From the IMG/VR virus record IMGVR_UViG_3300047546_003220: DNA of 64,000 bases. The stretch is one strand, 5' to 3'. Shown here one piece after another: positions 46,007 to 55,537 of the stretch (position 1 is its first letter; each line of letters starts with the position of its first letter). The position numbers and the translations under genes are program-made. The notes under the pieces were generated by a model. It was not told the origin of the DNA. It did not search any database and worked only from the letters and a program-made list of their open reading frames with translations. This stretch comes from a virus. Taxonomy: Duplodnaviria; Heunggongvirae; Uroviricota; Caudoviricetes.

Positions 46007-46301
46007 TAAGTCCCAATTTTTTTTGGTGTCCTTTGATAATATCAACCGCTTCTGTTAGTTGATTATAATTTTTCTCAGGTACATAGGTAAATGACTCATA
46101 GTTATCTGAATCACCCTCAATTATCAACATCGCTGGGACCATATCGTTGTTAGTGATTTCAGAGAACAAATCATACTCTTTTTTATACTTGTCGATATCT
46201 CTGTCGAAAAATTTTATTTTTGCTTCTTTCAACATTTTTTTGAAATCAACGCAGTGAGGACAACCCTCCATCGTATAAACAATAACATTTAAGTCTTTCA
46301 T
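45999..46301 (-). CDS. glutaredoxin/NrdH-like thiol-disulfide oxidoreductase (CPHC active site)
   Basis: …VIVYTMEGCPHCVDFKKML… is a thioredoxin-fold N-terminal CxxC. Confidence 0.55.
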   Translation of the reverse strand: MKDLNVIVYTMEGCPHCVDFKKMLKEAKIKFFDRDIDKYKKEYDLFSEITNNDMVPAMLIIEGDSDNYESFTYVPEKNYNQLTEAVDIIKGHQKKLGLIK

Positions 46302-46302
46302 G

Positions 46303-46623
46303 CTAGTCCAATAAATTTAGAACTTCAACGGGAGACATAACACCAGGTTTAGAAAAAACCTCTTGTCCCGATTTGAATATTTTTATAGTTGGAACACTTC
46401 TAACATTGAGTTCATTAACAACGTATTCTCTGTCTGAATCAATATCATATTTGTAGATATTATACTTTGGTTGTGATGACTCCAAAATAAGAGCTTCGTT
46501 TACTTTTGATAAGTTATTCAACATAACTTTACAAGGTCCACACCAAGTTGCATATAAATCTAATACAAAATTTTCACCTTGATTAATTTTTTCCTTCAGT
46601 TGTTGTGTCGTTAGTTGTTCCAT
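46303..46623 (-). CDS. trxA: thioredoxin
   Basis: …FVLDLYATWCGPCKVM… is the canonical WCGPC motif; 106 aa. Confidence 0.8.
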   Translation of the reverse strand: MEQLTTQQLKEKINQGENFVLDLYATWCGPCKVMLNNLSKVNEALILESSQPKYNIYKYDIDSDREYVVNELNVRSVPTIKIFKSGQEVFSKPGVMSPVEVLNLLD

Positions 46624-46945
46624 CTTTTATAGGTTTTAATATTTGAGTTGTAAAATATATAAGTTCTTTTCGGTTTTCCGCTTTATAATAAATATTGAGC
46701 CAATACCGTTCGTCGTCTTCAGTATCATTTATGAAATGTAAGTAGAAGGGTTGCGCTGTTTTGAATATAACCTCAATCCATTTAGCCTTTCCACTTGTTT
46801 TGACGGCACCTTCCTCATATACCCTCTCATAGTTTTTTTCATCCAAATATTTAAGAGCAATTAAATCGAACATATGAAATCTCATTATGGACAGAACCCC
46901 GTCCTTCCTTTCAATGTCCAATATGTAATCAGGTTTGTTTACCAT
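46583..46945 (-). CDS. hypothetical protein
   Basis: A 120-aa ORF that overlaps the thioredoxin start by 41 nt. Confidence 0.3.
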   Translation of the reverse strand: MVNKPDYILDIERKDGVLSIMRFHMFDLIALKYLDEKNYERVYEEGAVKTSGKAKWIEVIFKTAQPFYLHFINDTEDDERYWLNIYYKAENRKELIYFTTQILKPIKDGTTNDTTTEGKN

Positions 46946-48558
46946 TCGTCGTAATATGATTCTACTTTATGTTTTTTATTTGTCCAAGTCAAATTTCCAT
47001 TTTCATCAAAGTGTGAGTCAGAAGCTAATATTGTTCCATTTGCACATAACTTTGATATTTTAACAGATTCGAAGTTTTTTTCTTGATGGCAAGATAACAC
47101 AATTTCGTCTAATTTAAATAGAACTTCATTCCAAGTTTCATCCAAACGTTGATTGTATTTACCAAGTGTTTGGACTCTATCAACATGAATTTTACCGAAG
47201 TTTTTCAGGTATAAAATTCTATATTCAATAGTAGCTCTTGTTTCTGATTCAAGTTCACCTTTCCTTAATGATATAATCATTGAACTTACCCTTCCAATAT
47301 AACCCTTAACGCAGTTTTGTTGAATGTAACTCTCTTTGTTATATTCTTCACTACTTTTGAGAATAACAGGAAAATACCCATCAATCTCTTTTTCAATTGA
47401 ATCATAAAAATACTGAGGATATGTCCTTGTGTAGCTTCCCTTCCGATAATGGTCTAATTTTTCAGACCACAAATAATGTTCCTCTTGAAATTTTTTGTAA
47501 TCAGTGCCATCAGATAACCATTTTAAATCTGTTTCACCGTAATCTTTGAGCTTTGAGTAGGTATTAATATGGTCTTGGAATGTCCAAGCATTCAAATAAT
47601 CACCGTTGATTGTTTCTTTGAATGAAGAATAGACCTTTCTGAGTTCCTCTAAGGACATACTACTTTTGAAATTTTCAGGAACTTTAAAAGTTTGCGGTGT
47701 GTAACTCAAAACAGTTTTTATAAAATCTCCATCTTGATTCATCCAATCATCACCAAAAAGTTCATTAGCAAATATGTAGCAGTGAATATTAATTGAGTCA
47801 ATTTCGTGAAGATATTTTTTTACCTTCTTTCCTTTGATTCCCCAAAGTTGCATAAAAGTATCAACAATCCTTAGCTGATTCTTCTTGAGCACCTTTCTGT
47901 AGTCTTTACCCCACATAAATTCAGAGAACACCCAAAAGTTGTTTGGATATTTGAAACCCTTTTTATCCAAATAAAACTTCATCAACCTTTGGTCACTATC
48001 CATACCAATATGTTCAGGACAGATGTTATTCAAAAATTTGGATGAAACTTCAAATAAAATTTCAGAGGGATTGGGATGATACGAATTAAGAATGTTTTTC
48101 AACTTTGAAAAAGTAGAAGAAACAGGTTTACCTAAGAAATAATTTCTTCTAATGGATTTGGTAAACTTTCTCTTTTTTTGATAGTTGTGAAGGTAACCAA
48201 AATAAAAATCTCCTGTCTTTCTGTTCACAGTCAAAAACTCAACGTTTTTAGTTCTTCTGAACCAAGTCTTTCCAACTCTTCTATCTTTACCTCCCCAAAA
48301 AATTTTAAGTGAAATTTTTTCTTCCTTCTCTTCAATTACAACCATAAGATGCTCTCTCTGAACAGAATACATCGGATTACCAAAATTATCTACAAATGTT
48401 TGCTCATCCGTGAATACTTTTTCACGAGTGAAATAGGGATGTTTGGGTGAATAATCACTTAAGTATAACTGAGTATCAGGGTCATTCAAAGATGTAAAAT
48501 CTTTGAACTTCTCAGAATGATGTTTGTTAAAACTTATTTTAAAAATTTCATTGCTCAT
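46939..48558 (-). CDS. large hypothetical protein, possibly PcfJ-like. The ATG start is at 48558 (MSNEIFKISF); the track extension runs through the terminator hairpin.
   Basis: …YIQQNCVKGYIGRVSSMIISLRKGE… weakly resembles the PcfJ core (…HCV..Y……I.SLR); it is adjacent to the DUF932 gene. Confidence 0.25.
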   Translation of the reverse strand: MSNEIFKISFNKHHSEKFKDFTSLNDPDTQLYLSDYSPKHPYFTREKVFTDEQTFVDNFGNPMYSVQREHLMVVIEEKEEKISLKIFWGGKDRRVGKTWFRRTKNVEFLTVNRKTGDFYFGYLHNYQKKRKFTKSIRRNYFLGKPVSSTFSKLKNILNSYHPNPSEILFEVSSKFLNNICPEHIGMDSDQRLMKFYLDKKGFKYPNNFWVFSEFMWGKDYRKVLKKNQLRIVDTFMQLWGIKGKKVKKYLHEIDSINIHCYIFANELFGDDWMNQDGDFIKTVLSYTPQTFKVPENFKSSMSLEELRKVYSSFKETINGDYLNAWTFQDHINTYSKLKDYGETDLKWLSDGTDYKKFQEEHYLWSEKLDHYRKGSYTRTYPQYFYDSIEKEIDGYFPVILKSSEEYNKESYIQQNCVKGYIGRVSSMIISLRKGELESETRATIEYRILYLKNFGKIHVDRVQTLGKYNQRLDETWNEVLFKLDEIVLSCHQEKNFESVKISKLCANGTILASDSHFDENGNLTWTNKKHKVESYYDEW

Positions 48559-48579
48559 AAAACAAATATAGAATAAAAA

Positions 48580-48602
48580 AAGAAGGGGGTAAACCCCCTT
48601 CA
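48580..48602 (-). terminator. hairpin terminator (GAAGGGGGT aaa CCCCCTTC)
   Basis: A perfect stem preceded by an A-run, directly downstream of the 48604 stop. Confidence 0.55.
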
Positions 48603-48603
48603 A

Positions 48604-49359
48604 CTAAACACAGTAAGACTCTGCTAACTCCCAAAGGTTCGTGTTAATCTTATTGATGTTCTGAAAGTTTTTGAGTTCTTTCATAGTCACCAATCGACCT
48701 CTCTTGGATTGGTACTGAGTACCTCCACGAACAAATTTCTCTTGGATTACATTGAATACCTTCCAAACTGAATTCCCTTGGTCTTCGTTTCTCTCAGGAG
48801 AAATCAAGTCGGTTAGTTTTAGTGTCGATGGAACAGAACCTTTTTCCCAACGAATCAAAGATGCCTTAGACAATAAGTCCATAGTTCTTTCTTCATTGAG
48901 GGTGGTTGACTCCATACAACCAACTGACCTTTGAATAACAGGGAGACGGTCTGCAAATTCGTCTGTAATCATTCTTACAGCACCCATATCAACTTTCATG
49001 TGCTTCACAGTGATTGCATCCGCAACTGAAGTTGGGACTGTGAGACCATTTGAACATACAAGTCGGAAAAGACCTGCACTTACAGAAAACGTGCTCATAC
49101 CATTATGAGAGTTTCTGATAACCGCCTCGACAAGTGAATCACCAACCTGTGGTAAATCACCGTTACGGAGACGAAGCTCGTGGCTTGAGAACTGACCACC
49201 ACCCAATTGTTTCGCTGAATATACCTTCCAACCCTCACGGTCGAAATTTTCAAGAATTTCAATCGTGGGAACGAAAGTGTACTTGTTGGACATCTTTGGA
49301 GATGGTGATGTAGAGAATACTGACGGAGTTAGATTACGGAGAGTTTCGAGTGTTAACAT
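48604..49359 (-). CDS. DUF932 (phage/plasmid-associated) protein. The ATG start is at 49359 (MLTLETLRNL).
   Basis: …AVIRNSHNGMSTFSVSAGLFRLVCSNGLTV… matches the conserved NSHDGS…G.FRLVCSNG core of DUF932. A -7 box lies 20-27 nt upstream of that ATG. Confidence 0.5.
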   Translation of the reverse strand: MLTLETLRNLTPSVFSTSPSPKMSNKYTFVPTIEILENFDREGWKVYSAKQLGGGQFSSHELRLRNGDLPQVGDSLVEAVIRNSHNGMSTFSVSAGLFRLVCSNGLTVPTSVADAITVKHMKVDMGAVRMITDEFADRLPVIQRSVGCMESTTLNEERTMDLLSKASLIRWEKGSVPSTLKLTDLISPERNEDQGNSVWKVFNVIQEKFVRGGTQYQSKRGRLVTMKELKNFQNINKINTNLWELAESYCV

Positions 49360-49378
49360 ATTTGACTGATTTAGATTA

Positions 49379-49386
49379 CAAAGATA
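49379..49386 (-). promoter_or_regulatory. -7 element TATCTTTG within the repeated 20-mer GATTTAGATTACAAAGATAA (49368..49387)
   Basis: Identical to the motif at 11248..11267. Confidence 0.5.
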
Positions 49387-49411
49387 ATCACCTCGAATCA
49401 AACTGCCAAAA

Positions 49412-49690
49412 TTAATTTAAACAAATGAGACCAAATTTTGTCTTCATGAAATTTGCTGGTATTTCGACAGGTTCCAATTTCTTTTCATTAAGTTCTCTAC
49501 AAACATCAATTAATTGAACTCTAGTAAGACTTACTTCCTTTCCTTTTTCAAAGTTCTCCAAAGCAACTTCACGGATTCTATCATAAAACTCATCTTCCTT
49601 GTGTTTGGGTACAAGGTTCAATAAGTCTTTTTCATTCTGTTTGAAGAACTTGATGATGTTATTCATATAGATATCAACATCAACACTCAT
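49412..49690 (-). CDS. hypothetical small protein
   Basis: A 92-aa ORF. Confidence 0.3.
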   Translation of the reverse strand: MSVDVDIYMNNIIKFFKQNEKDLLNLVPKHKEDEFYDRIREVALENFEKGKEVSLTRVQLIDVCRELNEKKLEPVEIPANFMKTKFGLICLN

Positions 49691-49709
49691 ATAATAAATT
49701 TAATGATTA

Positions 49710-51029
49710 CTAATCTTGTAAATCCCACATTCCATTACCCATATCAGTACCTTTCGACTTGATACTTTCAGGAACCTGCACATTATCACTTCCCTTGAGA
49801 TTCAAGAAGAATAAGTTAGGCAAGTTTCCAATACAATCAGGAATGCTCTTAAGTTTTGGGTTATTGATAAGAGCCAAGAATTTCAACTTAGGCAATTCAC
49901 ATATTGAATCAGGGACACTATCAATACAGTTATCTAATAGAACCATCTGAAGATTTTGGAATCTTGAGATTGATTCAGGAATTGAGATATTGATTTCGTT
50001 TTTGTTGTCTCTGTTTTGAATTTGGAACTCTTTCAATGATTCAGGTAAGTTATCAATGAGGTCATCAAGGCCATAAAGACCGATAAATTTACCGATGGCA
50101 CCATGACTGAAACTATCGATAACCAATTTTTCTCCACCAACAGTAAGACCTTTTGCAAACTCAGGCTTGAATATAGATTTCAACTCAACCATTGGACCAT
50201 TCAACATCTTAATTAGGTCTACACTACGGTCGTCTTTATCCATGAATTGACCTGATGGGAAATGGAATTGATATCTTTCAACAGGTAATCCTGTTTCAGG
50301 AGCAATTTTAGGGTCGTTAGGGTTGAAAATTACATATAATGGTCCGTCTTTGATATATCTATCAAACCAACTTGCACCTGGAGCTGAAGTACACCATCTT
50401 GTTTCTTTGTTATTTCCACCGTAGAAACAAGCCGCTTCTTTACCTGTAGCACCTTTGTTCTCAATTTCAATAACTCTCCAATTTTCACCATCATAAAGTA
50501 ATTTAGCACCAGGGTGAACAGGTGCACTTTTTCTTTCAGATTTTGTAGTTGTCGCTAAAGTCAAATCGAAATCCTTAACCGCATCATATAGTTGGTCAGG
50601 AGTCAAGTTATTGATATCCCTCATTTCTTTAGGTAATCTACCTTTGAATCTTTCGAATTTTTTTAAGTCATCGGAAACCTTATACAAGTCTTCCATGAAA
50701 GTTTCTTTGACTTGCTTAACTTCTTTTTCGTAACCTGTATCACCAGGGGCTCTCTCTGTTCTTGGATTCAAATAATTTTTGATTAACCACTGAACATATC
50801 CACCAGCCTTGATTTTAGCAAGTTCCTTTGAGTCGGCAGTCTCAGGGTCAACGTTGTTCAATCTTGTTGTTGGGTCAGCTTGTACCAATTGCAAAAACTC
50901 ACCGATAGACATCTTAGGCTTTTGTTTTTCACCCTTCTTATCTGTGGTTGGTTTTGTAAGAGCATCTCTCAAAATCTCAAACCTCGATTGCTCCAAAATA
51001 ACTTGTCTCAAAATTGATGTAAATTTCAT
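49710..51029 (-). CDS. 439-aa protein with an N-terminal domain homologous to 32315..34075 and a C-terminal canonical leucine-rich repeat region
   Basis: C-terminal LRRs (…LPESLKEFQ…IPESISRFQNLQMVLLDNCIDSVPDSICELPKLKFLALINNPKLKSIPDCIGNLPNLFFLNLKGS…) and the shared WCT-motif domain. Confidence 0.45.
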   Translation of the reverse strand: MKFTSILRQVILEQSRFEILRDALTKPTTDKKGEKQKPKMSIGEFLQLVQADPTTRLNNVDPETADSKELAKIKAGGYVQWLIKNYLNPRTERAPGDTGYEKEVKQVKETFMEDLYKVSDDLKKFERFKGRLPKEMRDINNLTPDQLYDAVKDFDLTLATTTKSERKSAPVHPGAKLLYDGENWRVIEIENKGATGKEAACFYGGNNKETRWCTSAPGASWFDRYIKDGPLYVIFNPNDPKIAPETGLPVERYQFHFPSGQFMDKDDRSVDLIKMLNGPMVELKSIFKPEFAKGLTVGGEKLVIDSFSHGAIGKFIGLYGLDDLIDNLPESLKEFQIQNRDNKNEINISIPESISRFQNLQMVLLDNCIDSVPDSICELPKLKFLALINNPKLKSIPDCIGNLPNLFFLNLKGSDNVQVPESIKSKGTDMGNGMWDLQD

Positions 51030-51073
51030 CTACCGTGAATTTATTAATAAATATATTGTTGAGACAAAAATAA

Positions 51074-51913
51074 CTAATAATTCAATATCAAAAGCTCTTC
51101 TCCCATATTTTGTTTTACACCTTTTTTTGCCGCCGCAGCTTTAGCAAATTCTTTTTTCTCCCATCTGAATCTGTCTGAAGGATACCATTGGTGTAATAAT
51201 TCAAAATCGTAGTAGGATAAACTGAATTTACTTTGAACTGAATTTAAACATGTTGCTAGTCTTTCGTGGTCCCCTCTATCAAAATCATGATTGGAATAAT
51301 AATTTTCAGTTTTCCAATAGGGTGGGTCTAAATAAATGTATGTTGAAGGGGAATCATACTTTTCAATCACTTGTTGGAAATCCATGTTCTCAACGTTAGT
51401 AATTTTGATAAAGTGTTCAACCCAATCAGGTTTGGAAAGTTTGTCCCTGAATGTAAGATACTTCGAACGATACTCACCTTTTAAGTCAATAAATGATGAT
51501 GTTTCTGGTTTACTTCCACTGAACACTTGAGTTACAACATAAACATATTTTGCTGCAACTTCATAATCTGGATAATTTATTGTAAACCCTGAAGAAAATA
51601 ATTCTGTCTGATATTCTCTAAATCTATCTTTGAAACTGAAATCAGTCACATACACACCTCTTTGTTGTACTGGTATTGCATCCATTGCTCTTTGTAGTTC
51701 AGATGGATTCTGAACACATTGGAACAAGTTGTAATTTAAAGGGTTGAAGTCATTGTAGACAACTCTCTTGAGATTTGGGAATTGTCCCAAGTCCATATTA
51801 AAGAAACACCAAAACATTCCCCCGAATGTTTCTACATACGTTTCCATGTCTCTGAGATAGTAATCCACTATCCATTTTCCGATTTTTGATTTTCCACCAA
51901 TATAACTTAACAT
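51074..51913 (-). CDS. Dam-like (D12 class) N6-adenine DNA methyltransferase
   Basis: N-terminal MLSYIGGKSKIGKWIVDY (the AdoMet-binding IGGK motif of the D12 class) and the catalytic …YIYLDPPYWKTE… (DPPY). Confidence 0.7.
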   Translation of the reverse strand: MLSYIGGKSKIGKWIVDYYLRDMETYVETFGGMFWCFFNMDLGQFPNLKRVVYNDFNPLNYNLFQCVQNPSELQRAMDAIPVQQRGVYVTDFSFKDRFREYQTELFSSGFTINYPDYEVAAKYVYVVTQVFSGSKPETSSFIDLKGEYRSKYLTFRDKLSKPDWVEHFIKITNVENMDFQQVIEKYDSPSTYIYLDPPYWKTENYYSNHDFDRGDHERLATCLNSVQSKFSLSYYDFELLHQWYPSDRFRWEKKEFAKAAAAKKGVKQNMGEELLILNY

Positions 51914-51949
51914 AAGTTAATAATAGTAAAAAAAACAAAAAAAGCAAAT

Positions 51950-52126
51950 TTACTTATAACAATTTTTGTACGGACGACAAGAAGCCTTTTGTGTAAATCC
52001 CATCTTGGAACATGGGGTTGATTTACAATAAGATTGACTATACTTACGAGGTTTCTTAAATTTCTTTTGTTCTTTCTCGTCAAGATATTGATAAAGAACT
52101 CTCTTAATAATTTGCTCGTTAATCAT
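51950..52126 (-). CDS. small basic Cys-containing protein (58 aa; C-x4-C…C-x5-C)
   Basis: An ATG ORF (MINEQIIKRVLYQYLDEKEQKKFKKPRKYSQSYCKSTPCSKMGFTQKASCRPYKNCYK) not present in the track. Confidence 0.25.
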   Translation of the reverse strand: MINEQIIKRVLYQYLDEKEQKKFKKPRKYSQSYCKSTPCSKMGFTQKASCRPYKNCYK

Positions 52127-52136
52127 AATTATAAAT

Positions 52137-52301
52137 ATGTCCGAAGAACAAGGTTGTAAAAAATGTAAACAAAAAAATACAAATCTAAAACAGTGGGCTA
52201 CTGGCGCTTTAGGTTTTTGGGTTCTTGGAACATCTATCTATGGAACTATAGTTTTGGTAAGACATCTTACCGAATACCTTAGACAGGTCTTTGGAATTTA
52301 A
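52137..52301 (+). CDS. small membrane protein (54 aa; CKKC pair plus one TM helix)
   Basis: An ATG ORF MSEEQGCKKCKQKN…WATGALGFWVLGTSIYGTIVLV…; it is divergent from the previous small ORF with only a 10-nt spacer, so at most one of the two is likely real. Confidence 0.2.
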   Translation: MSEEQGCKKCKQKNTNLKQWATGALGFWVLGTSIYGTIVLVRHLTEYLRQVFGI

Positions 52302-53193
52302 CGTTGAGTTTGATATACATATCTCCTCCATTGTAACCTTTACCTCTTAGTCTTAATGGTCTTGATGTATCAAATATTTTTGGTGCATCCATACTCAAAT
52401 TTCCGTCGGGATGTGGGATAATATACTTTTCTTGAGTAACTCCGCTTAAATCCAAGAATAGATTATAAATTAAATCATTATTTAATTTCTCAAAACCATC
52501 TTTCGGTATTAGTTCAATTTGAATTACTAAGTCACCTACATCACCATTTTTGAAGTCTCCCAAACTTTGTAATTTCAAAAATTGACCATTATCACACCCT
52601 GTAGGTATTTTAATTCGAATATCACTTACAGTTTGACTTGTACCTCTACCACCACATAAATAACATCTCTCTGTAATCATTTGCCCTTGACCATTACAGG
52701 TTGGACAAACTGTTCTAATCTGTTGGACCATAAAACCAGTACCAAATGTTTTTATATGGAAACCGTAACCACTACAATGTGAACATGGGACTTTATCTCC
52801 ACCCGAACCCCCACATGAATTACAGGCCAAGTCTCTTGTATATTGTATCTCTTTTTCCAAACCCAAATAAGATTCTATAGGGTTGATTTGGAGTTTTATA
52901 ATTTTATCAGGTGCGGATTTTTTTCTTTGTGGTTGTTGTTGTCGATTGAACATATTATCGAAAAAACTTTCAAATTGACTTCCTTGAAAAGGATTTTTTC
53001 TTTGGAAATCATATGTTTGTTTCTTTTCTTTGTTACCCAAGATTTCATAAGCTTCATTTATTTCTTTGAATTTTTCAGCTCCCTGAGGGTTCACATCAGG
53101 ATGGAATTTTTTAGAAAGATTTCTGTAGCTCTTTTTAATTTCTTCATCTGACGCATTCTCTTCAACTTCTAAAATATTGTAGTAATTTTTCAT
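52279..53193 (-). CDS. dnaJ: DnaJ-like co-chaperone (J domain, four CxxCxGxG zinc-finger motifs and a C-terminal substrate-binding domain)
   Basis: J domain YYNILEVEENASDEEIKKSYRNLSKKFHPDVNP…; CNSCGGSGG…CSHCSGYGF…CPTCNGQGQ…CYLCGGRGT. Confidence 0.75.
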   Translation of the reverse strand: MKNYYNILEVEENASDEEIKKSYRNLSKKFHPDVNPQGAEKFKEINEAYEILGNKEKKQTYDFQRKNPFQGSQFESFFDNMFNRQQQPQRKKSAPDKIIKLQINPIESYLGLEKEIQYTRDLACNSCGGSGGDKVPCSHCSGYGFHIKTFGTGFMVQQIRTVCPTCNGQGQMITERCYLCGGRGTSQTVSDIRIKIPTGCDNGQFLKLQSLGDFKNGDVGDLVIQIELIPKDGFEKLNNDLIYNLFLDLSGVTQEKYIIPHPDGNLSMDAPKIFDTSRPLRLRGKGYNGGDMYIKLNVKFQRPV

Positions 53194-53294
53194 ATATGGC
53201 CAACTATTCTGTAGTTCTTTTCAAAAATAAAAAAAAGAAAAAAATAATAAACAAGTTTATAACCCCACAAAAGGCTCACTTACTCTATAAAAAA

Positions 53295-53834
53295 ATGATG
53301 AATGAGAGTCAGGAAGTTATATTCGAAACCCAAGTTGAATCGGGTAGTGATTGTAGTTATGAGTTAGGTATCGTACATATGAGTTCAGAACAAAAGGAAC
53401 CAGTATATCTTACAGATGAACTCGGTAGATTTCAAAGGGTAAGATTGGATGAAAAGGGGATGACTTTGATTTTGATTGAGCCATATAAAAAAGAAGAATA
53501 CCTTTACGACCTACAGGAAAACAAAAAAATTAACTTGAATTATTTTGTAAAAACATATCTAAAAGGTGATGGGATAAAAATGGTCTCAACTCTAAATAAT
53601 AAAGTGGTGGTGCAGGATGACGACAAATTTTCTTTATTTACTGTTAAATCGGAAAACGAATCTTTAAGGTTTGTTGAGTGTATGTCTTCTTACTTTCATA
53701 AAATAAAGAGGGGTGATTGCCTTTTCATAAAAGACACATCCACCCCTCAAAGAAAATATTTGTACGCCCTTTTAGAATCGAAAGGGTTTGATAAAAAAGT
53801 TCTTTATAGAAAATTTACTTCACTTCCTCAGTAA
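53295..53834 (+). CDS. hypothetical protein. The ATG is probably at 53295 (MMNESQ…); the track start at 53196 would abut the DnaJ start codon.
   Basis: Plus-strand ORF; starting at 53295 leaves about 100 nt of divergent promoter space. Confidence 0.3.
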   Translation: MMNESQEVIFETQVESGSDCSYELGIVHMSSEQKEPVYLTDELGRFQRVRLDEKGMTLILIEPYKKEEYLYDLQENKKINLNYFVKTYLKGDGIKMVSTLNNKVVVQDDDKFSLFTVKSENESLRFVECMSSYFHKIKRGDCLFIKDTSTPQRKYLYALLESKGFDKKVLYRKFTSLPQ

Positions 53835-54045
53835 GAACAAAATGAAACTCAGTTCCTGAAATATCGATTGAGAACTGTTTGTGATGTCTATCTATTTCTC
53901 TGAAATGATTTATAACGGATTTAAATTCATCACTCTCAAGTTCGAAAACTATTGTTGCCTTACCTTTGAAAATTGTCTGAACAGAGTCAGCGATAAGGGC
54001 TAACTTCTCTAAGTCCCCAGAAGTAGTATTTTTATTTTCTGCCAT
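53815..54045 (-). CDS. hypothetical small protein
   Basis: A 76-aa ORF. Confidence 0.3.
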   Translation of the reverse strand: MAENKNTTSGDLEKLALIADSVQTIFKGKATIVFELESDEFKSVINHFREIDRHHKQFSIDISGTEFHFVLTEEVK

Positions 54046-54200
54046 AGTGATAATTTTTTTGGTTTTGGAAATAAGTCCTCCTTATTCAATTTTTTTATTT
54101 GTTTGATAAGTTTTTCTTTTTCCTTTTCAAGTTCTCGGCTATCTTTATTTTTCTCACTGTTCAACCAACTCAATATTTTCTCCGCTCTCTGACTCATCAT
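54009..54200 (-). CDS. hypothetical small Lys/Glu-rich protein
   Basis: A 63-aa ORF. Confidence 0.25.
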   Translation of the reverse strand: MMSQRAEKILSWLNSEKNKDSRELEKEKEKLIKQIKKLNKEDLFPKPKKLSLWQKIKILLLGT

Positions 54201-54588
54201 TAATTGTTAGGTTTGTATCCTCTACTTCGAAATCAAAATAAAGTTTTTTTAATTTATCTAAATCAGTTTTTTCAAAAGTTTCTTTCAAATGTTCAATTGT
54301 TTGTTTGAATAATTTTTCCTTTATTTCTCTCTCTTTGTTCAATTTAATAATTTTCAAAACTTTTGTTAACGTATTATTTATTGCAGTTTCATTCAATTCT
54401 GAAACGAATGAAATACCTTTTAAATTTGAGTCTTCAGTCTCAAATGGTACAATTTGATTTTCATCCACCATAGATTTTGGTAAAGTCCATTTTGCTGGGA
54501 ATTCCAAATCAAAACTCAAGTAATTTTTAAGTTTTCTAATTGAACGAAGGTAGTCTGCGAAACTTGATATTTCTTTGTAAAAACTCAT
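54154..54588 (-). CDS. hypothetical acidic protein
   Basis: A 144-aa ORF. Confidence 0.3.
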   Translation of the reverse strand: MSFYKEISSFADYLRSIRKLKNYLSFDLEFPAKWTLPKSMVDENQIVPFETEDSNLKGISFVSELNETAINNTLTKVLKIIKLNKEREIKEKLFKQTIEHLKETFEKTDLDKLKKLYFDFEVEDTNLTINDESESGENIELVEQ

Positions 54589-54797
54589 AGTGAAATAATG
54601 TAAGTGATGATATAACTCAATGATAAACCAAGGAAGATAAGTTCCCTGTTACTATAAACCAATGGTCTTGGTTCCTTTTGTAACAGGGCACTTAAAAACT
54701 TCGCGACATTTTTTAATGTTACTAATATTGTAAAAACAAATATAAAAAGGTATATTGTTTCAATATTATGCATTAGTTTCTGTCTTTTTGTGCTCAA
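54585..54797 (-). CDS. small membrane protein
   Basis: TM helix IYLFIFVFTILVTL…; 70 aa. Confidence 0.3.
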   Translation of the reverse strand: MSTKRQKLMHNIETIYLFIFVFTILVTLKNVAKFLSALLQKEPRPLVYSNRELIFLGLSLSYIITYIISL

Positions 54798-54948
54798 GGA
54801 TTTCTCCTCTTAATTTTTGAAGAAGAGCTTTCAATTCTTGTGCGGTTTTTCTTGCTCTTGTTCCTGCACTCTTGTTTCCTTTGAAAAACTTAGTTGTATC
54901 TACAGATAACAACTCAGCCATTTCTTTGATTTGTTCTAATGTTTCCAT
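54766..54948 (-). CDS. histone H1-like DNA-binding protein (Bacteroidetes type)
   Basis: METLEQIKEMAELLSVDTTKFFKGNKSAGTRARKTAQELKALLQKLR… closely follows the pattern (…KGNKAAGTRARKA.QELK.L.QE.R…) of the small histone-H1-like proteins of Flavobacteriia. Confidence 0.5.
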   Translation of the reverse strand: METLEQIKEMAELLSVDTTKFFKGNKSAGTRARKTAQELKALLQKLRGEILEHKKTETNA

Positions 54949-55029
54949 TTTTCGAGTTATTGAAAAAAGTTTATTTATATTCTAATTTTAACTTTTTTTG
55001 GTCTGGTGTAAATAAAAACGAGGTTTTTT

Positions 55030-55497
55030 TTATTCCATATTTTTCTCTATCAGTTTATACAACTCTGTAAGAATATCTAAGTCAGATTTTGAAAATGGTT
55101 TTTCTACATCAAAAACATCTTTTAAAAATTCTGGAATTGAAATTCGCACGTTTTCTTGAGATTGATTATAAAAACTGTCCAAAAAAAATTGTTTGAAATA
55201 TTCTTTGTGGTCCCCGTTTGATTTAATTTGAATGTTTTCTTTTCTAAATGTTTTGATTAAAGTATTCCAACACCATTCAAAATGATTCTCTTTATCTTCT
55301 TGGCTCAAAGTGATTTTTGTTTCACCTTCAGTCTCCCCCATATATGTATCAACAATTATTTGGTTGAGACTTTTGAATATATCTCCAAATAACTCAATTT
55401 TTTCATAATTCATGTTGTGCACACTGAACCACACCAAAACTTCCTCATCAGGTATTGTTTTAGACATCCAATTAAAAAAATTCTCCATAGAGCTCAT
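55030..55497 (-). CDS. hypothetical protein
   Basis: A 155-aa ORF. Confidence 0.3.
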   Translation of the reverse strand: MSSMENFFNWMSKTIPDEEVLVWFSVHNMNYEKIELFGDIFKSLNQIIVDTYMGETEGETKITLSQEDKENHFEWCWNTLIKTFRKENIQIKSNGDHKEYFKQFFLDSFYNQSQENVRISIPEFLKDVFDVEKPFSKSDLDILTELYKLIEKNME

Positions 55498-55537
55498 CTA
55501 TGGAGAATTATAGTTAAATTAAAAAATTTGTGAATTT

